From the sequence record NC_041871.1: DNA of 64,000 bases, one strand, 5' to 3'. How positions within the stretch are numbered: position 1 is the first letter of the stretch; every line of letters begins with the position of its first letter. Made by a program: the position numbers and the translations under genes. Below are positions 1 through 9,285 of this stretch, one piece after another. This DNA comes from Escherichia phage Murica. Under the pieces are notes generated by a model. That model was not told the origin of the DNA. It did not search any database and was given only the letters and a program-made list of their open reading frames with translations.

Positions 1-149
1 CAGTTAATCAGTTGGCTAAGGTGAATAAGATCACCAAGGGTATGGCAGAGGCGTATTACCGAGACTGCTTTGCAGAGTGGCGTGAGCTTAGTAAAGTTCC
101 AGAATGGAAGACTGACTTTTCGTGGATAGAGGGTTACCTTGATGGCTAA
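1..149 (+). CDS. hypothetical protein, 3' end only (gene begins left of window)
   Basis: Frame open from window edge to TAA 147-149; stop overlaps next start (ATGGCTAA). Confidence 0.35.
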   Translation, partial: VNQLAKVNKITKGMAEAYYRDCFAEWRELSKVPEWKTDFSWIEGYLDG

Positions 150-432
150 GAAACCTGTAAAAGAGAAATTTGATAAGACAGCTTTTGTATTCGATACACC
201 TTTGGACGATATCATCAGAGGTATGCAAGCCTTGTATCGGAAGTCTGAATCTGAGCAGCTGTCGGAATCAGAGCTTTACTGGTTAGGTTGGTGGGAGCTT
301 AATCTACCTAAAGCTGAAAGCTCTGATCTAAAAACCGTTAAAACGTGTGCCCAAGAAAATGCTGCACTTGGAATTTACCACAAAAGAAAAAGATCAACAA
401 AAAGCTCTCCAAGAAAGACTAAAAAGTCTTGA
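142..432 (+). CDS. hypothetical protein with basic C-terminus
   Basis: ATG 142 preceded by GAGGG; C-terminus KRKRSTKSSPRKTKKS; no recognisable motif. Confidence 0.5.
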   Translation: MAKKPVKEKFDKTAFVFDTPLDDIIRGMQALYRKSESEQLSESELYWLGWWELNLPKAESSDLKTVKTCAQENAALGIYHKRKRSTKSSPRKTKKS

Positions 433-458
433 CAAATGAGTCTCTGATCTGATATTAT
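429..458 (+). promoter_or_regulatory. sigma70-like promoter
   Basis: TTGACA (429-434), 18-nt spacer, TATTAT (453-458), upstream of ATG 492. Confidence 0.5.
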
Positions 459-491
459 CAGTTAACTATTTATTAACTAGGAGAACTAGGT

Positions 492-800
492 ATGCTTAAA
501 ATTTTTATTGTTGAAGATAAAGATATCGTCCAGTTGTATGCAAACGAGAATCACAAAGGTATGATTCTGAAGAAGGCAAAAAACCTTCATGAAAACACAA
601 TTCAACCGGGTGATGTAATTAAGATCTGTGGTTATATGATACCAGACTCCTTGATGAAAATAACCCACCACTGGGGGTCTAATCCGTTCCTTTTTGAAAA
701 GTATTGGGATGTTGAGTCACTTATTGCAGAGAGTGATGATGCATTTCATTACAGCATCCAACCATCTTGCAGAATAACTAACAGGAGGGGCTTTGAGTAG
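492..800 (+). CDS. hypothetical protein
   Basis: ATG 492 with AGGAGAA SD; 102 codons. Confidence 0.5.
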   Translation: MLKIFIVEDKDIVQLYANENHKGMILKKAKNLHENTIQPGDVIKICGYMIPDSLMKITHHWGSNPFLFEKYWDVESLIAESDDAFHYSIQPSCRITNRRGFE

Positions 801-1932
801 AGAATATCCACTTATTGAATCTGTAGATTGTCTTGCTGATCTTCTCGAACCTGACGCTATAGTTTATTATGACTTCGACCAGGTTGCATATCAAGCTGCG
901 GCAAGTTGTGAAAAAAGGACAATTGAGGTAACACACAAAGCCTCCGGACGTAAGAAGATGTTTAAAACACGAACAGAGTTCTGGGGTCGGCAGAAGAACA
1001 CCGTTGGTGGTTGGTTAAAAGCTGAGAATACCAACCGTGAAGCCGCATGTAAAAAGTCTGGTAAGGAGTTTATTCCGTGGACACGTGAAGATTTTGATGT
1101 CTTGGATATACAAACACCTGACCCTGTAGAGAACTGCTTGCACACAATAAAATGTAAGGCAAATGCAGTTCTTAACTATCTTGGTATTCCGGAAGAGCGA
1201 TGCGTCGGGGTGTTGGGAGGCACAGGTAACTTCAGACTAGATCTTCCAATGCCGGAAAGATACAAAGCCAACCGTAACAATACCCTTCGACCACTGCTGC
1301 TTGGAGATGCAAGACAGTATCTCCAAAAGCAGTATAATGCTCAAGTGATCAACGGTATCGAGGCTGACGACTGGTTAGCTATCCAGCAATTTGAAGGTTG
1401 GAACCACTACCAAAAAACAGGTAAGTTCAACAAGTTTATTATCTCTATTGATAAGGACCAAAGAACACTACCGGGGCTTGTGTTCGATCCTATGCGAAAC
1501 GATAAGGGAGATTTTGTAAGGGAAACCCCTATGCTGATCGATAACGGTATGGGGAACATCTTCATGAAGCCTAATGGAGAGGTTGGTGGTTACGGAATGC
1601 TGTTCTTCGGATACCAAATGCTGTGTGGTGACTCTGCTGACAATATCAAGCCGTATCAAGGACTTATCGGTAAAGGTAAGTTCGGGGATGCCTCAGCATT
1701 CTACCTGCTGTCTCAGTGCAGCACTCCAAAAGAGATGTGGGTGGCTATTATTGATCAGTACAAGAAGTGGTTCCCGAAAGGTGTTGTTAAGTATACTGAC
1801 TTCAATGGTATTGATCGTAGAATTTCCGTAGGTCAATGGATGAGTATAATTTTTGACTGTTTGTATATGAAGCGAACATTCAATGATCAAACAAAACTTG
1901 TTAACGTTCTTAGAAATGTTGGAGCAATTTGA
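793..1932 (+). CDS. 5'-3' exonuclease / flap endonuclease, T4 RNase H-like
   Basis: Acidic clusters YYDFDQVAY, INGIEADDWLA, ISIDKDQ parallel T4 RNase H IDFSQIA, DKYEADDHIA, SSDGD; TTG start 4 nt after AGGAGGGG. Confidence 0.7.
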   Translation: MSREYPLIESVDCLADLLEPDAIVYYDFDQVAYQAAASCEKRTIEVTHKASGRKKMFKTRTEFWGRQKNTVGGWLKAENTNREAACKKSGKEFIPWTREDFDVLDIQTPDPVENCLHTIKCKANAVLNYLGIPEERCVGVLGGTGNFRLDLPMPERYKANRNNTLRPLLLGDARQYLQKQYNAQVINGIEADDWLAIQQFEGWNHYQKTGKFNKFIISIDKDQRTLPGLVFDPMRNDKGDFVRETPMLIDNGMGNIFMKPNGEVGGYGMLFFGYQMLCGDSADNIKPYQGLIGKGKFGDASAFYLLSQCSTPKEMWVAIIDQYKKWFPKGVVKYTDFNGIDRRISVGQWMSIIFDCLYMKRTFNDQTKLVNVLRNVGAI

Positions 1933-2255
1933 TGACTAAAAATTCTGTAGATAGTGCAATTATGGAAGCTGTTTTTGAGGATGATCATACAACAGGGACC
2001 ATTAAAACAAAAAATACATTTATTGTTGCCACAGGTATGTGGCGGTTGTATGAAGATGACACTATTGCATACATCTTGTATACTGATGATTACGCAGATG
2101 ATCGTGTATGGTCTGCTGTGTTAAAAGAGGATTGTGAGCTGATTGAGGGCGAGCGGCTATGCATGTTTACCAGCGTGGAAACAGACGTTAAGCTTTGCTC
2201 TCTTGTGCTGTTCAAAGACAAAGCTTATTCCCCAGATGAAGAGGAAACAGTATGA
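1932..2255 (+). CDS. hypothetical acidic protein
   Basis: ATG 1932 after GGAG; track start 1929 is TTG one codon upstream. Confidence 0.45.
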   Translation: MTKNSVDSAIMEAVFEDDHTTGTIKTKNTFIVATGMWRLYEDDTIAYILYTDDYADDRVWSAVLKEDCELIEGERLCMFTSVETDVKLCSLVLFKDKAYSPDEEETV

Positions 2256-2881
2256 GAGAAAGACTGCTGTCTATAGATCAGTCTCTTACCCACACAGCCT
2301 GCGTTGTATGGGACGATGGAAAGCCTGTTCATAAGGTTGTGTTACGAACTCAAAGCTCATCTGCAAAAGAAAAGAAACCAGGGACGGTTTCTTTTGCAAC
2401 AGCTGCTGAGCGTATTGACTGGATCTGCAAACAGGTCAGATATTATATCCACACGCACGGAGTTGACACCGTGGTTATGGAAGGGCTTTCCTTTGGATCA
2501 CGCGGGGATGCCACACGTGAACTGGCCGGGTTGTTTTACGGTCTTGAAATTATGCTTTGGGATGCCTTAGCTGATTGTGCAAATGACGGCCTGTTTAAGG
2601 TCCACACAGTGACACCAACAACTGCCAAAAAGTTTGCTCGTAGTCATCTTCCTGAAGAACTTGCTTTTGAGGAGAAGAAAAAGCTTGACAAAAAGACAGG
2701 TAAAGAGCATACTGTGAAGAAACCTGTTACAATGGATAAAAAGTTGATGGTTAAGGCCTGCGAAGTATCTGAACCTGGGTTCCTAGACGGGATCAATTTG
2801 GTACAAGGTAAGGCCGATCTCGCAGATGCTTATTGGATAGGCAGGGCTCATCTGGAGGGATTATCGCAAAGCGTAAAATAA
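2252..2881 (+). CDS. putative RuvC-like Holliday junction resolvase
   Basis: LSIDQS..ACVVWD and VVMEGLSFG resemble RuvC catalytic Asp/Glu motifs; GAGGAAA SD. Confidence 0.4.
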   Translation: MRERLLSIDQSLTHTACVVWDDGKPVHKVVLRTQSSSAKEKKPGTVSFATAAERIDWICKQVRYYIHTHGVDTVVMEGLSFGSRGDATRELAGLFYGLEIMLWDALADCANDGLFKVHTVTPTTAKKFARSHLPEELAFEEKKKLDKKTGKEHTVKKPVTMDKKLMVKACEVSEPGFLDGINLVQGKADLADAYWIGRAHLEGLSQSVK

Positions 2882-3438
2882 GAAAGAAAGCTGTCAAAGC
2901 CCCAGTTCATAACGGGTGGTTAAAAGATTCTAAGGACATAGCCAACTTTCGAAAAGAATTGTCAGAGGAGCAGGATGGTCTTGATCCGATCTTGTGCGAG
3001 CCACTTCGTAAGCCTTGTTTAGATCATGATCATCTGACTGGTCGTTGCAGGGGTGTTTTGTCTCAATGCACTAATACCTTTGAGGGGTATGTGCTTAAAT
3101 ACTGGATGAAATACTGTAACGAGTATACAGATTGCAGTTTATCAGAGGCGTTGCGCCGGATGGCTGACTATTTGGAGAAAGACTACAGCGACTTCCCACT
3201 CCACAAAAACTACAGAGATGATATGACAAAGTTCTTGAGGAGATGCTCTAAAGCTACGATTATTGCACGAGCAGAATCAGATCTCAATCTTGTCATTAAT
3301 CCGGAGTGCACCAAGCATGAGGCTATTGAGTTCTACATGCAGGAGTTTATAAAGAAAACTGAGGAGAGAGATTTCTATGGGGATGAAAAAGGTATTCAAT
3401 CCTTGCGACTCAGTCCTGATCAGGATGAAATACCGTAA
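2833..3438 (+). CDS. endonuclease VII family protein
   Basis: CLDHDHLTGRCRGVLSQCTNTFEG matches T4 endo VII LDHDH..GKVRGLLCNLCN core; start uncertain (TTG inside upstream gene). Confidence 0.7.
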   Translation: MDRQGSSGGIIAKRKIRKKAVKAPVHNGWLKDSKDIANFRKELSEEQDGLDPILCEPLRKPCLDHDHLTGRCRGVLSQCTNTFEGYVLKYWMKYCNEYTDCSLSEALRRMADYLEKDYSDFPLHKNYRDDMTKFLRRCSKATIIARAESDLNLVINPECTKHEAIEFYMQEFIKKTEERDFYGDEKGIQSLRLSPDQDEIP

Positions 3439-3598
3439 CTGGAAAGGTGTTGTTGCAGATCGCTGCGTTACTGAGCCTAATTTATGGTTTGGCTCTACAG
3501 AGTATCATAAAGAAGAGCAGTGGTTGATGCGTGCCTTCGATGTAGACAAGGGCGAATATCGTGACTTCGCTTTAAAAGACATTCTTCAGTTTTACTAA
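3377..3598 (+). CDS. hypothetical protein
   Basis: ATG 3377 after GAGGAGAGAG; overlaps 3' end of endo VII gene in another frame. Confidence 0.4.
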   Translation: MGMKKVFNPCDSVLIRMKYRNWKGVVADRCVTEPNLWFGSTEYHKEEQWLMRAFDVDKGEYRDFALKDILQFY

Positions 3599-3610
3599 GG
3601 AATCTTAACG

Positions 3611-4594
3611 ATGATGACAAAGTTAACTCTTGAGCAAATTTTAACACTAAAGCAACAGGGATACACTAATAGACAAATTGCTCGTGAATTTTTAGGCCGT
3701 GAGTCACGTGAGAGCTGGATCCGACTACAGCTTAAACGTGCACAAGATAATATGTCAGAGATTGTAGGAGAAGCAACGGAGCGCTTCCTTGAAGAGCACA
3801 AAGGTGCTAAAGTTTGGGTGTATGATACAGAGACATCCCCAACAAACGGCTGGTTCTTTGGGCACTATAAGACCAACATTCAAACCTGCGGTATTGAAGT
3901 TATGCCCTATATGCTAACTTTCGCAGGTAAGTGGTTAGACAGCCCTAGTGTGGTTGACTGCGCTCTTCCAGATTACAAAATGTGGGATGAAGATATTCAC
4001 AATGATCTCGAATTGATTCAGGATTTGTGGTATTATCTGGATAAATGCGATGTCGCAGTAGCCCACAATTCAGGTTTTGACTGCGGGTGGGCCAACCAAC
4101 GATTTGCATTTCACGGGTTGCCTCCAACAAGCCCTTACAAAGAGGTTGACACCCTTAAAATGATCAAGAAGGCATTCCGTTTGAATGCAAACACTTTGGA
4201 GTATGCATGCAAATACTTCCAACTGGCCCGACAGAAACTGATTGATCACACATTTGAAATGTGGATCAAGTGTGTCCATGGCGATCTTGAGGCATTTAAA
4301 CAGATGCGAGAGTATAATGTTGGTGATATCCTGTCTCTGGAAGGACTGTATTTGCTGGCTCGCCCGTTTGCTAAGCAGCACCCAAACATGTCATTGTACT
4401 ACCAAGACGAGGAGCCAAAGGTTCGTTGCCCACGCTGTGGTGGAGAACACTTTCACGAGGAAGAAGCTTTGGCATATACTCAGCTGAGTGCATTTAAAAC
4501 ATACCGCTGTGAAGGTTGTGGATCTGTTGTTCGTGACCGTAACAACATCCGTACCAGAGAAGAAATGAAAAACACCCTGATTCAGATAATCTAA
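3611..4594 (+). CDS. DEDD-family 3'-5' exonuclease with N-terminal HTH and C-terminal zinc ribbon
   Basis: Exo motifs VYDTETS, VAHNSGFDCGW, YNVGDILSLEGLY; HTH LTLKQQGYTNRQIAREF; CPRCGG...CEGCGS. Confidence 0.6.
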   Translation: MMTKLTLEQILTLKQQGYTNRQIAREFLGRESRESWIRLQLKRAQDNMSEIVGEATERFLEEHKGAKVWVYDTETSPTNGWFFGHYKTNIQTCGIEVMPYMLTFAGKWLDSPSVVDCALPDYKMWDEDIHNDLELIQDLWYYLDKCDVAVAHNSGFDCGWANQRFAFHGLPPTSPYKEVDTLKMIKKAFRLNANTLEYACKYFQLARQKLIDHTFEMWIKCVHGDLEAFKQMREYNVGDILSLEGLYLLARPFAKQHPNMSLYYQDEEPKVRCPRCGGEHFHEEEALAYTQLSAFKTYRCEGCGSVVRDRNNIRTREEMKNTLIQII

Positions 4595-4602
4595 CAATTA
4601 TA

Positions 4603-4630
4603 GGGAGGCTTGCGCCTCCCTTTTCCTTTT
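4603..4630 (+). terminator. intrinsic terminator
   Basis: GGGAGGC-ttgc-GCCTCCC stem then TTTTCCTTTT. Confidence 0.6.
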
Positions 4631-4639
4631 GGAGGCACT

Positions 4640-5458
4640 TTGAGCAAGAAAGAGTCCAACGACAAATATTACACAAACCCTAAGTATGCAGAATATCTTG
4701 TTGGTAAAGTAAAAGACAAGTATGGGAATTGTGCATACGTTGAGCCTTCTGCTGGAAGGGGTTCTTTTTCAAAACTATTTTCAGAGATACTGTCGTACGA
4801 TCTAGTACCAGATCCTGAATTTGAAGGACCAACACAGTGCATTCAGGCAAACTTCTTGGAGGTGCATCCTAAGGCAGATGTCTTCATAGGTAACCCACCA
4901 TTTGGCAAGAATTCATCTTTAGCTTGCAAATTCTTTAACCATTGTGCATCATTGCTAGAGCTTGGCGGGGCTATAGCCTTCATCTTGCCACGGACATTTG
5001 AAAAAATATTTTTTGCAAACAAACTGGACATGTCTATGCACCTTGTCTACAGCGAAAGGTGCCCTAAGAACTCGTTTTTACTTAATGGCAAACCTTACGA
5101 CGTGCCATGTGTTTTCCAAATTTGGGAGAAAAAGGCGTGCAATAGGGATCCTGTAGAGATTGGAGAGAATAAGTTATTTTCTTTTAGCACACCGGATGAC
5201 TACGACTTCTGTGTAAGACGTGTTGGGTATAACGCTGGAAAAGTATTGGGTGATGATGATCCAAAATCTGAAGAATCTACGTATTTCATAAAATCTTTAG
5301 TTGACGGTGTTGACAGAGTGTTTGCTGAATGCTATTCTTCTTTTCAAGAAGAAGCAGGTAAGACTGCTGGAATGAAGAGTATAGGCAAGAAAGAACTACA
5401 ATACATTTTGGAGACCTGGTATGATCAAAAGCATAGACTTGACAAAAGAACTTACTGA
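4640..5458 (+). CDS. DNA N6-adenine methyltransferase (TaqI-like motif order)
   Basis: Motif I VEPSAGRGSF then motif IV FIGNPPFGK; TTG start 4 nt after GGAGG (track start 4610 lies inside the terminator). Confidence 0.6.
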   Translation: MSKKESNDKYYTNPKYAEYLVGKVKDKYGNCAYVEPSAGRGSFSKLFSEILSYDLVPDPEFEGPTQCIQANFLEVHPKADVFIGNPPFGKNSSLACKFFNHCASLLELGGAIAFILPRTFEKIFFANKLDMSMHLVYSERCPKNSFLLNGKPYDVPCVFQIWEKKACNRDPVEIGENKLFSFSTPDDYDFCVRRVGYNAGKVLGDDDPKSEESTYFIKSLVDGVDRVFAECYSSFQEEAGKTAGMKSIGKKELQYILETWYDQKHRLDKRTY

Positions 5459-5879
5459 TGCAAAAGCTTTTGGTGAGACAGCGGTACAAAGAGGCCAGGC
5501 GATGGGACTGGCACTACCTTTCGTCTTAAAAGAGCACTTTACAGATTTTCAACTTATCAAAGGTGATAAGGGAATGCTTATCCTGGAGCATAAGTTGAGT
5601 AAGAAACGCTACAAAGTTGTTTTTAATTCTAAAGCCCCAACAAAACTTGGATTCAGAACTTACAATCTCAACCCATCCTATACTAAGGGTGTTGGAAGGG
5701 TAGAACAACAGCATTTCAGCGCTAGAGCTTCTTTAGCTCCTTTGATGCTAAATTTCTCAGGGGTGGCTTTAGGATACCTTGATAAGAAAAGAGTTCTTCA
5801 TGTCCGTTTCACAGACTTTGTAACGCTTTTAGCTAACAACGAAGTTGATGAAAAGGGACGTGTAAAAACAAACTTCTAA
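5421..5879 (+). CDS. hypothetical protein
   Basis: ATG 5421 after GGAGACC; 152 codons. Confidence 0.45.
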   Translation: MIKSIDLTKELTDAKAFGETAVQRGQAMGLALPFVLKEHFTDFQLIKGDKGMLILEHKLSKKRYKVVFNSKAPTKLGFRTYNLNPSYTKGVGRVEQQHFSARASLAPLMLNFSGVALGYLDKKRVLHVRFTDFVTLLANNEVDEKGRVKTNF

Positions 5880-5906
5880 TAACGCATAGTATGATTGGAG
5901 ACTACA

Positions 5907-6098
5907 ATGACACTAAAGTTAACAATTCCAGACAGCTTTTCAGAAAACTTTATCCCAGAAATGATGGGTAAGATGCGATCATTGCTTGATCAGATTGAGG
6001 AAGCTGTTTGGGAAGACGATGCTGTAGTGGCTAACGAGCTAGTAGATAAGTGTAAAAGTATTATTGATGCAGTTGAAGAATACCACGGAGGTTTTTGA
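5907..6098 (+). CDS. hypothetical protein
   Basis: ATG 5907 six nt after GGAG. Confidence 0.4.
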   Translation: MTLKLTIPDSFSENFIPEMMGKMRSLLDQIEEAVWEDDAVVANELVDKCKSIIDAVEEYHGGF

Positions 6099-6712
6099 TG
6101 GATATTATTGTTCTTAACGCCCCACCCAGCAGTGGTAAGGATCACATTGCAGATCTCTTGTTGGAAGCTATTCCTAACTCACACCACCGTGAGGTTAAGG
6201 AGATGCTCTTCAGTGTGGCAATTAAGGCAGCTGGTGTAACTCCTCAACTCTGGAATGCACTTTATGACCGCCACTACAAAGAAGATCCTTGCCCTTTCTT
6301 AATGATAGACGGCAAGCATGTTTCTCCGCGAGAGTGGATGATCCATTGTAGTGAAAATCTGATTAAACCTATCTTTGGTGAAGATGCTTTCGGTAAGGCC
6401 GCAGTCACATCCTTGAAGAAAGATTTCCCTAAAGGTAAAGGGGTTGTTGTTTACTCCGATGGTGGATTCAAAGAGGAGCTGGCATGCCTTAGTGAGTACG
6501 CATACAGCACAGGTGGAGATCTGTTGTTGTTCCGTATTCACCGTGTAGGATATGACTGGGGAAATGATTCCAGAACCTATCTAAGTCTGGAAAAGAACGG
6601 AATAAAAGGGGTTGAGTTTGATGTTGTAAACCCTGAAGGTGCACCTTGGGAGTGTGCATCGGAGATTGTGTGCAAGTATATTGATGCTAAAGAGGCCCAA
6701 GAAGAATGTTAA
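6098..6712 (+). CDS. deoxynucleoside monophosphate kinase (T4 gp1-like)
   Basis: LNAPPSSGKDHIAD aligns with T4 dNMP kinase LSGVKRSGKDTTAD; GGAGG SD. Confidence 0.65.
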   Translation: MDIIVLNAPPSSGKDHIADLLLEAIPNSHHREVKEMLFSVAIKAAGVTPQLWNALYDRHYKEDPCPFLMIDGKHVSPREWMIHCSENLIKPIFGEDAFGKAAVTSLKKDFPKGKGVVVYSDGGFKEELACLSEYAYSTGGDLLLFRIHRVGYDWGNDSRTYLSLEKNGIKGVEFDVVNPEGAPWECASEIVCKYIDAKEAQEEC

Positions 6713-7299
6713 TCGGAATTGATGTAGATCTGACACTGGTAGATTCAGGAACAGCATGGTGGGAGTGGTTGGAGCGTTTGTATGGTCCAGCCAGTAAGAC
6801 AGTAGCTAAACCTTCTAATGGGCTAATGTATTACGATCTGTCAAAGTATTGGCCTGATCGTCCCAAAGAAAACATCATAGGACCTTTTGATTTCTGGAGT
6901 GATCCGTTCCTCTACGACTTCCTTAAGCCTGAAGAGGGGGCTATTGAGGTTATGAAAGATTTGGTGGCTCGTGGTCACAAGCTTGCATTTATCTCGGTAT
7001 GCAAGAAAGGTCACCTTGCATCTAAATCAAGGTTCTTAAAGCGTTGGACCAGTGATTTTATGGATCTGGACGATCACACCCAAGGCCACGGCTTCTACGC
7101 CACACATTTCAAAGGGAATGTGGCTGTAGATGTTATAATTGACGACAGGCATGAATACCTGAACCAATTCGCTTCACGACCTGAAGTTATTAAAATCCTA
7201 AAAGATACACCTTATGAGCAATTCGAGGAGTTAAAGGTCAGTGTTGACTATACCGCTAATAGCTGGTATAAAATAGGAAAATTTTTAGAAGGTATTTGA
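6706..7299 (+). CDS. HAD-superfamily phosphatase, putative deoxyribonucleotidase
   Basis: N-terminal DxDxT motif (GIDVDLTLVD); sits in nucleotide-salvage cluster. Confidence 0.5.
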   Translation: MLIGIDVDLTLVDSGTAWWEWLERLYGPASKTVAKPSNGLMYYDLSKYWPDRPKENIIGPFDFWSDPFLYDFLKPEEGAIEVMKDLVARGHKLAFISVCKKGHLASKSRFLKRWTSDFMDLDDHTQGHGFYATHFKGNVAVDVIIDDRHEYLNQFASRPEVIKILKDTPYEQFEELKVSVDYTANSWYKIGKFLEGI

Positions 7300-7300
7300 A

Positions 7301-7501
7301 ATGGGCAGATGTTCTAAAGGTGGCGATCCTGTAGTCAGATACGGTGACTGGCTAGAGGTGTATGATCTAGGAGGTAAGCTAGTGTATGCCTCCAGGATCA
7401 CCCAAGACATGTGCTCCGATATGTTCAACAGATACCTTGCATTTAAGGCCAACATAAACCCAGACGAAATTTCCAAAATTAAAACAAGGAGAGCTAAATA
7501 A
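7301..7501 (+). CDS. hypothetical protein
   Basis: 66-codon ORF with purine-rich SD. Confidence 0.4.
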   Translation: MGRCSKGGDPVVRYGDWLEVYDLGGKLVYASRITQDMCSDMFNRYLAFKANINPDEISKIKTRRAK

Positions 7502-8484
7502 TGCTAAAACTGTGCACTGCAAAGATCATTGCTGACAGCATTTCCGAGAAAGGTAAGCGCATCACCACTTTTGAGCTAGAGTATCCTCGAATTATTCACT
7601 CAGAGCTTATGACGCACCGAGTGTTCAGCCGAAACGCCATGTCTTCCCGTGCAGTGCCTGTCGGAAAGATGCTGCAACAGATTGTGGAGAATCCGGCAAT
7701 GCCAGTTCGCTTCGGTGTAAATAAGCGAGGAATGGAAGATGGTGGGGAACACGATCAAAAGATCCGTGTAGAGTACACTGATATGGAGCTAACTCCGGAA
7801 GAGTTTTGGAAAGAAGCTGCAAAAAACGCCGCTTGGCATGCAGAGAAGTTTGCCCTTGCTGGTTACCATAAGCAAGTATGTAACCGCTTAGTGGAGCCTT
7901 TTCAGCGCATGAAAACAGTTGTAACAAGCACCGAGTGGAATAATTTTTTCCACCTCCGTTGCTGGCACGATGCGGATCCTACGATTCAGATGTTAGCTAA
8001 TTGTATGTGGGAGGCTCTTGTGAATAGCACTCCTGAAATCCTTAAACCGGGTCAATGGCACACTCCATATGTAGAGCACGTTTATTTGGACGGGGAGTTT
8101 AACTACGCTGTACGTGACACAGAAGGAAAGCTCTGCATTCTCGATACTAAAGAAGCTCTGTCTATCAGTGCTAGTTGCTGTGCACAAGTATCTTATCGAA
8201 ATATTGACAGCACGTTTGAAAAGGCAGACAGTGTGGCTAAAAAATTGATTGGTGGGGATCGTATTCATGCAAGCCCTTACGAGCACCAGGCAACACCTAT
8301 GGATCACGATAACGCAATGGAACGTTTAAACTACTACCTGTCTTCATGTGAAATCACACAAGACATCAGTACTTGGCAGGAAGGTGTAACCCATCAAGAC
8401 CGTGATGGTAAATTCTGGTCTGCCAACTTTTGTGGGTGGGTTCAGCACAGACAACTGCTTAATAACCACTTCGTGAAAGGTTAA
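7501..8484 (+). CDS. thyX: flavin-dependent thymidylate synthase ThyX
   Basis: ELMTHRVFSRNAMSSR fits ThyX RHRxxSxxxxSxR signature; NNFFHLRCWHDAD; AAGGAG SD. Confidence 0.75.
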   Translation: MLKLCTAKIIADSISEKGKRITTFELEYPRIIHSELMTHRVFSRNAMSSRAVPVGKMLQQIVENPAMPVRFGVNKRGMEDGGEHDQKIRVEYTDMELTPEEFWKEAAKNAAWHAEKFALAGYHKQVCNRLVEPFQRMKTVVTSTEWNNFFHLRCWHDADPTIQMLANCMWEALVNSTPEILKPGQWHTPYVEHVYLDGEFNYAVRDTEGKLCILDTKEALSISASCCAQVSYRNIDSTFEKADSVAKKLIGGDRIHASPYEHQATPMDHDNAMERLNYYLSSCEITQDISTWQEGVTHQDRDGKFWSANFCGWVQHRQLLNNHFVKG

Positions 8485-8513
8485 TCCTATCACAGCGATA
8501 GGTAACTTTTGTG

Positions 8514-8566
8514 TTGACTAATAGTATTAGATAATCTATAATAATGGCTCACTTTGTTGGTGAGCC
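8514..8566 (+). promoter_or_regulatory. sigma70-like promoter with downstream stem-loop
   Basis: TTGACT (8514-8519), 17 nt, TATAAT (8537-8542); GGCTCAC-N7-GTGAGCC at 8546-8566. Confidence 0.55.
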
Positions 8567-8582
8567 AGAAATGGAGACAGAT

Positions 8583-9044
8583 ATGAGTAATGTTATGATT
8601 CCTAAAAAGACATTTATTTCAGTTACTTTGGATTTCCTATCTACCGTTCCCGGGTTTAACGTTCGCACACGAAACGGTCTCCGAGCTGCACTCTTTGCCG
8701 TAGGGTTTGATTTAAAAAGTATTGATGTTCTTCGTGGAAAAAACGTTCGATGCAAAAATAAGCCAACACATTATCGAAAGGCAGATGTATTTGCTGGTGT
8801 CATGCGTGCAGACTTTAGATACCCGCAAATGTATAACGGTGTAGATATTTTAGATGTGGATAAAGCACCTGGTGAGGCAATGCTTGTTCAAGATCTTCCG
8901 TATGATATTCCTGTAGAGGATCGTGTTAATGTAAGAAAGTATACAAAACAATCTGAAAAGGCTGAAGATATTCATATTGTTGATGAACCTTTCAATTTTG
9001 AAGATCTGCATCGCCTGGAAAAATTATTCGGTATTGAAAGCTAA
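8583..9044 (+). CDS. hypothetical protein
   Basis: ATG 8583 six nt after GGAGA; track start 8544 overlaps the -10 box. Confidence 0.5.
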   Translation: MSNVMIPKKTFISVTLDFLSTVPGFNVRTRNGLRAALFAVGFDLKSIDVLRGKNVRCKNKPTHYRKADVFAGVMRADFRYPQMYNGVDILDVDKAPGEAMLVQDLPYDIPVEDRVNVRKYTKQSEKAEDIHIVDEPFNFEDLHRLEKLFGIES

Positions 9045-9054
9045 GGTGGTGAAG

Positions 9055-9285
9055 ATGAGTCATAACTCCAAGTGGAAGGATCTTGGTTTTGCAAGTCGGT
9101 CAGAGTATGTTGGTTGGCTTTGGTTCAACGGCCTGACAAACGATATTAAAATGTATGATGATGTTTATTATGACGAGTATACAGGCAAAATTATAAATAT
9201 CTCTGTAGAAGAGGATACCTTTATCCAGCAAGATACTGATACCTGCCTTGATAAATACGTTGATGAAGTGGAGGAAGCAAATTGA
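9055..9285 (+). CDS. hypothetical acidic protein
   Basis: ATG 9055 after AAGGTGGTGA. Confidence 0.45.
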   Translation: MSHNSKWKDLGFASRSEYVGWLWFNGLTNDIKMYDDVYYDEYTGKIINISVEEDTFIQQDTDTCLDKYVDEVEEAN

